From positions 1,796 to 65,795 of the forward strand of contig CAZEEG010000010.1 in NCBI GenBank assembly GCA_964511065.1: a stretch of 64,000 nucleotides of DNA, in the 5' to 3' direction. Origin of the DNA: an uncultured Pirellulales bacterium. Its GTDB lineage: Bacteria > Planctomycetota > Planctomycetia > Pirellulales > S012-138. This document shows positions 1 to 7,500 of the stretch, one piece after another; position 1 is the first letter of the stretch; each line of letters begins with the position of its first letter. The translations under genes were made by a program, and so were the position numbers. Under the pieces are notes generated by a model. That model was not told where the DNA came from. It made no database searches and saw only the letters and a program-made list of their open reading frames with translations.

Positions 1-2
1 TG

Positions 3-527
3 GCGTTGAACCCGGCCCAGCGCTATCAGCGTCCGGCCGAGATGCTGATGGACCTGCGCCGTGCCGCCGAACGATTGGGCAGCCGGGAGTCCGCCGTGCG
101 TGGAACGGCCGCCTCCCCGGAGCCGAGCCATTCGGTGATGGTCGTCGAGAGCAACGCCGAGATGCAAAATGCCCTGCGCGATGGCTTGAAGCGGAGCGGC
201 TTCCGGGTGCTGGTGACGATCGACCCGGAACGTGCGCTTGCCCGGCTGGAAGAGAATCCCAAGCTGGTCGATTGCATGATCTTCAGCACGCCTGAGCTTG
301 GGAAACCCGCCCTGGAGGCATTTAACCGCCTGGCGGAGTTGGAGCATGGGCGCGGCATGAAGTCGATTCTGATGCTGGGCGAGGCGCATCGCAAATGGGA
401 GAAGCATGCCCAAACCGGCGAACATCGCAAGGTGCTGCACATGCCGCTGAAGCTCAAGGCGCTTCGGGCGGCCTTGGCGTCGCTGGTCGAACAAGGTGTT
501 CCCGAGGAAGAAGCCAGCGAGGCGTAG
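3..527 (+). CDS. C-terminal fragment (5' end outside the window) of a signalling protein: tail resembling the end of a Ser/Thr kinase domain followed by a degenerate (pseudo) receiver domain
   Basis: The frame is open to the window edge. 'NPAQRYQRPAEMLMDL' resembles the kinase C-lobe ending. 'VMVVESNAEM...VDCMIFSTPELG...ILMLGE...' has the receiver-fold pattern, but the DD pair, phospho-acceptor Asp and Thr/Lys positions are replaced. Confidence 0.5.
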   Translation, partial: ALNPAQRYQRPAEMLMDLRRAAERLGSRESAVRGTAASPEPSHSVMVVESNAEMQNALRDGLKRSGFRVLVTIDPERALARLEENPKLVDCMIFSTPELGKPALEAFNRLAELEHGRGMKSILMLGEAHRKWEKHAQTGEHRKVLHMPLKLKALRAALASLVEQGVPEEEASEA

Positions 528-602
528 CGCGCTGTTGAGATCTCGGGGACTTTGAGACCTCCTCAGCGGCAAGTAGGAGCCGAGCGGCTAAGGCAGCCCA
601 TG

Positions 603-639
603 AAAAAAGCCGCGAGCGAGTCAGCGACTCGCCCACGGC
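603..639 (-). terminator. Rho-independent terminator downstream of the small cytochrome c gene
   Basis: On the minus strand the hairpin GCCGTGGGCGAGTC-GCT-GACTCGCTCGCGGC (609-639) is followed directly by TTTTTT (603-608). It lies 34 nt after the stop at 673. Confidence 0.75.
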
Positions 640-672
640 CTGTGGTCCAAACGTCGTAATGTGCAACGACGG

Positions 673-1023
673 TTAGTTGCCGGCGGGCAATTTGCCCATC
701 TTGATCAGCTCACCGAAGGTCGGCGAACCGTCGCCGTTGGACGGCTTGGCAGCAACGGTTTCGAGCGCCTTGCGGATCTTGTCCGGATTCTTGGCGTCTG
801 CCTTCTTGTCCAACAATTCGGACAGCGCCATGCCGTACGCGTTGCGATCGGTCTTCTTGGTGCCTTCGTGGCAGAGGTTGCACTTCACCTCTTTCACCTT
901 GGCTTCGAGCTCGCTGCCTTCCTTCACGTACATGGCTTCGAACTCTTTGCCAAAGGGCGGAATCGCAAACGCGGCACCCCCGATGGCGACAAATGTCACC
1001 ACGGTCAAAACTGCCTTCTTCAT
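673..1023 (-). CDS. small secreted mono-heme c-type cytochrome
   Basis: The start was chosen at MKKAVLTVVTFVAIGGAAFA (signal-peptide-like), with GGGAG 8 nt upstream. There is a single CNLCH (CxxCH) heme motif. The protein is 116 aa. Confidence 0.7.
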   Translation of the reverse strand: MKKAVLTVVTFVAIGGAAFAIPPFGKEFEAMYVKEGSELEAKVKEVKCNLCHEGTKKTDRNAYGMALSELLDKKADAKNPDKIRKALETVAAKPSNGDGSPTFGELIKMGKLPAGN

Positions 1024-1469
1024 GCACAATCTCCCAAAAACTGCAGCATCAGGTTGCACTCGGCGGCGTACCGGGAAGAAATCGTCGCTCCACCGCCTTC
1101 CTCAGACAGTTAAACCCGCAGAATTGACCCTGTCAAGCGACTGTTTCCCCCCAACCTTCCCAAGCTAGCTGCCGCAGATGGCTGCTGCGAAAGCTCTGGC
1201 GGCATCACGACTTCAAGCTCGGGAAAGCGGGCAAGGTTTGCGGCCAAGCCTGTGCCTGGCGATCTTTGCCCATGATGTTTCGCTTGCGCAGCTTGGCCCC
1301 AAAAAATCTCACTGCGTCCTGGGGAATCATCGGGTCGCGCAGGTTCTGCGCTTAACGGGATTCCACCGGCCTGAAGGCAGAGAGCGTGTACTCCGGCAGT
1401 GACGCTCCCCCCCGAACATCCACGAATCGGTCTGGAGGCGTTGACCGCAGCGTTCGCCGCCCGATAGGC

Positions 1470-1805
1470 CTAGCCAGGCGGCCATGTGAGTTTGCGGCCG
1501 CCCAGCACGTGGAAATGAAGATGATCGACCGTTTGGCCGCCATCGGCGCCAATGTTGGTGACGACGCGGAATCCGCCCTCGTGGCCGCGTTCCTGGGCAA
1601 TCTTTGCAGCCACCAGGAGTATGTGCCCCAGCAATGCCTGGTCGTCCTTGGTGGCGTGGGCCAGCGAAGGAATTTCTTTTTTGGGAATCACCAGCACGTG
1701 CGTAGGTGCCTGGGGAGCAATGTCCTCGAAGGCCAGGCACTGCTCGTCCTCGTAGACGATCGAAGCGGGGACTTCCCGATCAATGATCTTCTTGAAAATC
1801 GTCAT
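1470..1805 (-). CDS. HIT-family (HinT-like) nucleotide hydrolase
   Basis: MTIFKKIIDREVPASIVYEDE... aligns with the N-terminus of HinT proteins. The histidine triad HLHFHVLGG is present. The protein is 111 aa. Confidence 0.9.
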   Translation of the reverse strand: MTIFKKIIDREVPASIVYEDEQCLAFEDIAPQAPTHVLVIPKKEIPSLAHATKDDQALLGHILLVAAKIAQERGHEGGFRVVTNIGADGGQTVDHLHFHVLGGRKLTWPPG

Positions 1806-1958
1806 AGGTCGAACTCGCATTCACCCTGCGATGGATCGGTACGGTTAACGTGGCATACCCAAACCGTGCCCGCGCGCCGTAACTGCGGGAGGGGGGGGCA
1901 TCGCAACGGCAATCGTAACCGAAAGCCGGGGAAGCAGGCCAGCACCCCTGCCGAGCGA

Positions 1959-2255
1959 TCAACCGCCGTCGGGTTTTCTCATCGCCAGCGCATGCAGAAT
2001 GAGCACCGCCCCGACGGAAACCAGTGCCCAACCGATCCACCGCGGGGGTGTTACGGTCCGCAGCGGTGTGTTGGTATCGCCCGGAATGAGCGAGGTCAGT
2101 CGAAAGGTGGCATTTTCCTGTGGGCTCCCTAGCCGCTTGGCGAGGAACTCTGAGGTGGGTTGGTTCAGAACGATCGACTCGACCATTCGGAACTGCAAAC
2201 CCAAGAACAGGAGCACGAGCCCCATCAGGAAGTAATGGTTGCGATTCAATTTCAC
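1959..2255 (-). CDS. small membrane protein, function unknown
   Basis: GTG start with GGAGGAA 9 nt upstream. There are two hydrophobic segments (HYFLMGLVLLFLGLQF and WIGWALVSVGAVLILHALA). Third-position GC is coding-like. Confidence 0.55.
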   Translation of the reverse strand: MKLNRNHYFLMGLVLLFLGLQFRMVESIVLNQPTSEFLAKRLGSPQENATFRLTSLIPGDTNTPLRTVTPPRWIGWALVSVGAVLILHALAMRKPDGG

Positions 2256-2581
2256 GGCGTCATTCCTCCACGCTGGGAGTTAAGCCGGATCCAGGTGGCC
2301 GCACAAAAGGGAAGCGGCGCCCGCTTGGCGGCAGTGAACATGCTTGCCATGGCGACATGGTTCTTCCCTGTTCCATATCGAATCGCGGGATACGGAAAAT
2401 TCACACGACCGCCGGTCGTGTCGGTCTTGACGGAACGCCTGTTGAATACGCGCGGCCGTATCATGCCGGTTGTTGCGCCGGTGCCAGTCAGTCTGTGCGG
2501 TGGGGCCCGCCACTGCACAACATTCGCGCCGCCGACATGGCCGGCACAATTGGCATGGTAGCGCTGCGCGTCAACGCTGGG

Positions 2582-2610
2582 GGCACTGTTTGGGACGGCA
2601 CTGTTTGGGA
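2582..2610 (+). repeat. perfect tandem direct repeat GGCACTGTTTGGGA (x2, 15-nt period) in the divergent promoter region upstream of the mtdA-like gene
   Basis: The 14-mer at 2582-2595 is identical to the one at 2597-2610, with 1 nt between them. The repeat lies about 145 nt upstream of the GTG start at 2755. Confidence 0.6.
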
Positions 2611-2754
2611 GGGCAAGGTTGCGGCATGGGCTTCCGCCCTACCGCCGCCGCAGGTGGTATACTGCTTGCCGGCCCCCCGGCCTCGCAATGTTGGGCTGCC
2701 GGCGCATTGTCCCAGCGGGTGGGGATTCGTTCCAAAGCGCACCTGGAGTACACC

Positions 2755-3621
2755 GTGAACCAACCAGCGAAGATCTTGCTGCAACTTGATGCCGACCCGC
2801 AGCCCAGCGTGTTTGATGCCGTGGTCGCCATTGATTCGGGCGTGGACTGCCTGCTGAGGCACGGGAACGTAACGCCGGAGAACGTGCGCGATCTGGTGTA
2901 TGGCGCGATCTTCACACGCGGCGGCGATGAGCTCAAACATACGGCGATCTTCATTGGCGGCTCAAACGTTGAAGCCGGCGAAAAGCTCCTGGCCGCTGTC
3001 GAAAAGACCTTCTTTGGGCCGCGGGTGTCGGTCATGCTCGATGCCAACGGTGCCAACACCACGGCCGTTGCCGCCGTGCTGTCGATGTTGCGGCACATAG
3101 ACGCTGCCGGAACCAACGCCCTGGTTCTGGGGGGCACTGGCCCCGTGGGGTTGCGCGTGGCGCGGTTGCTGGCCAGGTTGGGAGCCAACGTTCGTCTGGC
3201 GTCGCGCAAGCGCGAACGGGCCGCTTCTGCTTGCGAAACGCTGGCCAGCCAGGTGCCCAATGGGCGGCTGGAAGCTGTCGCCGTGACCAACGACGACGAA
3301 GTGCTTGCCGCGCTTGAAGACGCCCAAGTGCTCATTGCCGCCGGGGCGGCAGGCGTGCAACTGCTATCCAGCGAAGCCAGGGCACGCGCTACCAGACTTC
3401 AGGTCGCCATTGATCTGAATGCCGTTCCGCCTGTCGGCCTGCAAGGGATTCACCCCTCCGACAAGGCAACGCAACACAACGGCACCACGTGCTACGGCGC
3501 CTTGGGAGTGGGCGGATTGAAGATGAAAATCCACAAGGCTTGCATCCGCCGGCTGTTCGAATCGGCCGATCAGGTGCTCGACGCCGAGCAGATTCTCGAA
3601 GTGGGGCGCACGTTGTCGTAG
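2755..3621 (+). CDS. mtdA: NAD(P)-dependent methylene-tetrahydromethanopterin/methylene-tetrahydrofolate dehydrogenase, MtdA/MtdB family
   Basis: The 288-aa product from GTG 2755 is collinear by eye with Methylobacterium MtdA. Matching stretches are: LLQLDADPQPSVFD, GNVTPENV, IFTRGG, TAIFIGG, FFGP.VSVMLDANGANTTA, LGGTGPVG, NAVPP.GL.GI and YGALGVGGLKMK.HKACI..LFES. The upstream part of the 383-aa track ORF is not protein-like. Confidence 0.85.
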   Translation: MNQPAKILLQLDADPQPSVFDAVVAIDSGVDCLLRHGNVTPENVRDLVYGAIFTRGGDELKHTAIFIGGSNVEAGEKLLAAVEKTFFGPRVSVMLDANGANTTAVAAVLSMLRHIDAAGTNALVLGGTGPVGLRVARLLARLGANVRLASRKRERAASACETLASQVPNGRLEAVAVTNDDEVLAALEDAQVLIAAGAAGVQLLSSEARARATRLQVAIDLNAVPPVGLQGIHPSDKATQHNGTTCYGALGVGGLKMKIHKACIRRLFESADQVLDAEQILEVGRTLS

Positions 3622-4417
3622 CGCGTCGCCAATTATGGAGTTGGTGCGGCGCCCATGTCCGGCCGTCCAACGATCGGCGCCAGAAGGCTCCTGTGTTCCA
3701 GTGCGCTTGGCCACATTTCGGAGGGCTAGCCCGAAATGGAGCGGCCCATAGCTGCGCAGGTGTCAATATGGATGATGGCGTCCACAATTTCTGCGACAGG
3801 AAAGCCTTCCCCTGGGCGCCATCCGCCATCCGCCTGCGATTGCCCATGATGCACAACTGAACGACTTGGCGATTTGCGGAGATAAAAAAAGTGGCGGCCC
3901 TTCGAGCGTGCGAGTTGGGCAGAAACCCACACGCGCGAAACGCCGAGACGGGGCAGGAGCCTCGGCAGTTCCGTGAAGAGCCGCCACACAATTCTAACAA
4001 CCGCCCATAGGCGGAACAGGGCCGGCCATGCGCTCTCTAGCGGATTCCTCAGAGCTTCGACGGCATGATTGGGGGGCCAAGTCACCTCGCGAGAGCGAAA
4101 TCCATTCAACGGGCTTTCACAATCGTCGCATTCACAGTGGGCGATAGCGTGAAACGCGGCCGGATGTTTCCGCCTTATGGATGCGCGGTACCCGGGAAAA
4201 CCAACCCGCAAACGGCAGGGAATGACTTGGCCGACCGCAGACGGTCGCCATCGTCCTTGAAGATCGGCTACGGCCGATGATCGGCCAAAGTGGAAACACC
4301 CCTGATAGGGAATTCCCTAGCTGAAGTGGGGGTTGGCCAGATAGCGATGGGCGATGGTCAAAGCACGCTCCAACGCTGCTCGGGTGGTCCCTGCCTGCAT
4401 CCGTCGGATACACAAAT

Positions 4418-4449
4418 CCCCCTGCTTGGCGCTTGGCGCCAGGCGGGGG
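4418..4449 (-). terminator. stem-loop terminator candidate after the giant repeat-protein gene (bidirectional appearance)
   Basis: CCCCCGCCTGGCGC-CAA-GCGCCAAGCAGGGGG forms about 13 bp with one bulge and one mismatch, 62 nt after the stop at 4512. It is followed by ATTTGTGT on the minus strand and TGTGTTTT on the plus strand. Confidence 0.55.
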
Positions 4450-4511
4450 CTATGTGTTTTAGTGTGAGCAGCGAGATGATGCCGCCGCTGCTTTGGTATG
4501 AAATCGGCGGA

Positions 4512-7500
4512 TTACAGGTCGGGCCGCTGGATGACACCCTGCCGGTAGACGCCCACTTCGTCGATGCCGTCGCCGTCCCAGTCGGCCACCACAGGCATGT
4601 CGCCTGGTTGGCCGAACTCGATGTAGAGGTCGTCGGGATCGAAGGTGTGGTTGCCGTTGATGTCGATCATCCACTTGCCGTCGCGGAACACGCCCAGATC
4701 GGTGACGCCATCGCCATTGAAGTCACCAACCACCGGCATATCGCCGGCCTGGCCAAGCTCGACCATCGTTTCGCCGGGCAGCCAACGGCCATCGCCGTTG
4801 TCGTCCAGAATCCAGGTGCCGTTCATGAACACGCCGATGGTGTCCACGCCGTCGCCGTTCCAGTCGCCCGCGACCGGGATGTCTCTGGCACCGCCGAAGT
4901 AGAACACGTGGTCGATCACGTCGGTACGCAACTCGCCGTTGGCCGTGCGTTTGAGCGTGCGGTGGCCAAGGCTGGTGTCATATGGACGTGGCGGCATGTT
5001 CTTGCGGGCACCGGACGTTTCGTTCTGCCGGTCGGGCAAGCCCGGTTCGGACATGACAGCCCTGGGGTCGCCCGGCCATTCGGGGCCGAAGATGCCGATG
5101 TCGTCTTTGCCATCGCCGTCCCAGTCGCCTACCACGGGAAGGTCGCCGGCGTTGCCCAGTTTCGCCCACAGGTCGCCATCGTCCCAAACGCCGTTGCCGT
5201 TGAGATCGATGTACCAATGACCGTCGACGAAGACGCCCACTTCGGCGAACCCATCGCCGTTGAAGTCGCCGGCGATCGGGATGGCGCCCTCGCGGCCGAA
5301 GTTCAGCACCTGGTCTTCTGCGAGCCCTTCCTGCGGCAGGACAAAGTAGCCGTTTCGCAACTCGGCCTTATGGGTGCTGGTGAAGACATCGAACGTCGCG
5401 TCCGATACCGACACCAGCGATTCGCCCTCGGCACTGCCGCCGCGCGGATTACCGGCGTCGATCACGCTGAGGTGCCAGCTATAGGCCGAGGATTGAACCG
5501 TTCCGCCCGTGCCAAAATACAGGTCGATGTTGGAGTGCGGCGCCGAGACAAGCTGGGCCCCGTGGATCGGCGGACCCTGGGCGAAATGCAGCGGAGCCGG
5601 TTCGTTGAGCGGCAACTTGGGGGCCGGCGGTCCCGGCGGTGGCGGAGGCGGGATGAACGGCACCTCGGTCACCGCGATCTCGCTGAAGTTGTTGAACCGC
5701 GATTCTTGCGAGCCTACCACCGTAACGGCGGCAATCGCGTTGTAACCGTGATTGATGCCCGCCAGGGCCGGGTGCCCTTCGTTGCCAAAGTTGGCGGCCA
5801 CGCCGCCGGTCGTACCGGGCGTATCAATGCCGTCGTAGTAACCCTGAGGTTGGGCCTGAAGGATGACATACTGCCCCGGCGCCAGGCCAGAGAAGCGGTA
5901 GAAGCCGTTGGCATCGGTAAAGGTGGTTACCGGATTGCCGTTGGCATCGCGAATCAAGTTGCCGTTTGCATCGGCCAGGAACAGTTGGACGCCGGCCAGC
6001 GGTGTGTCGTCTGAGGTGAACTGGCCGTTACGCTGGCTTTGCAGCTCGATCAGGCTGGGCGTTTGGCCCTGGCGGATCATCACTGGCGGACCATCCTGGA
6101 ACACGTATCCGGAGATGCTGCCGGGTCCCACTTCGCAGAAGTGGTAATCCGTGGCATGCTGCGCGGCAGACAAGTGAATGCCGGTAATCAAGTCGCCCGG
6201 GTTGTGGGCGAAACCGCCCGCTGTACCGGCGTGGTCGTCGCTATCGTAGTAGCCGTCGGGCTGAGTCTCACGGAGGCTGTAGACGCCCGGTGCGACATTC
6301 TCGAACTTGAACTGGCCATCGGAATCAGTGAAGGTCGTGGCAACTACGTTGCCGTCCTGGTCCAGCAGTTCGATCTTGACGTTGGCGATGCCCGGCTCGC
6401 CCGGATCCCGGTGGCAATCGCCGTCATCGTCGCGGAACACGTACCCGGCAATGCTGCCAGGCGGCAGTTCGCCGAAGTTATAGTTCACGGCGTGTACGCC
6501 CTGGTTGAGCGTGATGTCGCGAATGGAGTCGCCCGGATTGTCCGGTGTGCCGCCCACGCTACCGGCGCTTTCCTGGCCGTCGTACCAGCCGGCGGGCTGT
6601 TCCACCTGCCGCACGGTATAGACGCCAGGTGGCAGGTGATCGAACTTGTAGAAGCCGTTGGAATCGGTCTTGGTTGTGCGGACGACGTTGCCATCTGCAT
6701 CGACCAGTTCCATTTCCACGTTGGCCAAGCCGGGCTCGCCAGAATCCCTGGTTCCGCTGTTGTTCATATCGCCGTAGACGTAGCCGGAAAGGCTCGCCGG
6801 CGGCAATTCGCCAAAGTTGTAGTTGGTGGCATCTTGGCCCGGGGCGAGCGACACGGAGGTGATCATGTCGCCCGGGTTTTGAGGCGTGCCACCGGCACTG
6901 CCTGCGGTATCCAGGCCGTCAAACCAGCCAGTGGGCTGTTCAACCTGCCGTACCGTGTAGGTGCCGTGTTCCAGGTTGTCGAACTTGTAGAAGCCGTTGG
7001 AATCGGTCTTGGTTGTGCGGACGACGTTGCCATCTGCATCGACCAGTTCCATTTCCACGTTGGCCAGGCCGGGCTCGCCGCCGTCCTTGGTACCGCTGTT
7101 GTTCAGGTCGCCATAGACGTAGCCAGAGAGGCTCGCCGGCGGCAGTTCACCAAAGTTGTAATTGGTGGCAACCTCGCCAATCGCCAGCGATACGCCCGTG
7201 ATACGGTCGCCCGGGTTGTGTGGCGTACCGCCGGCGCTGCCTGCGGTATCCAGGCCGTCAAACCAGCCAGTGGGCTGTTCAGCCTGCCGCACCGTGTAGG
7301 TGCCGTGTTCCAGGTTGTCGAACTTGTAGAAGCCGTTGGAATCGGTCTTGGTTGTGCGGACGACGTTGCCATCTGCATCGACCAGTTCCATTTCCACGTT
7401 GGCCAGGCCGGGCTCGCCGCCGTCCTTGGTACCGCTGTTGTTCAGGTCGCCATAGACGTAGCCAGAGAGGCTCGCCGGCGGCAATTCGGCAAAATCGTAT

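Noticed and set aside
1205-1330. 41-codon minus-strand ORF (MIPQDAVRFFGAKLRKRNIMGKDRQAQAWPQTLPAFPSLKS) between the HIT and small cytochrome genes.
   Set aside because: It has no Shine-Dalgarno sequence and no recognisable family. It is too short to judge from composition. It is not reported as a feature.
3545-3565. The T-loop-like string GTTCGAATC. Similar GGTTCGAGC strings occur at about 46540 and about 62738. I checked these as tRNA signatures.
   Set aside because: All lie inside well-supported CDSs. No acceptor, D or anticodon stems can be drawn around them. I found no tRNA, tmRNA or rRNA in the window.
6450-7486. Regularly spaced near-identical repeats that could be mistaken for a CRISPR-like array.
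   Set aside because: The repeat unit is 339 bp. The units are contiguous with no unique spacers. They are in-frame inside a continuous 1570-codon ORF and encode a folded-domain repeat.
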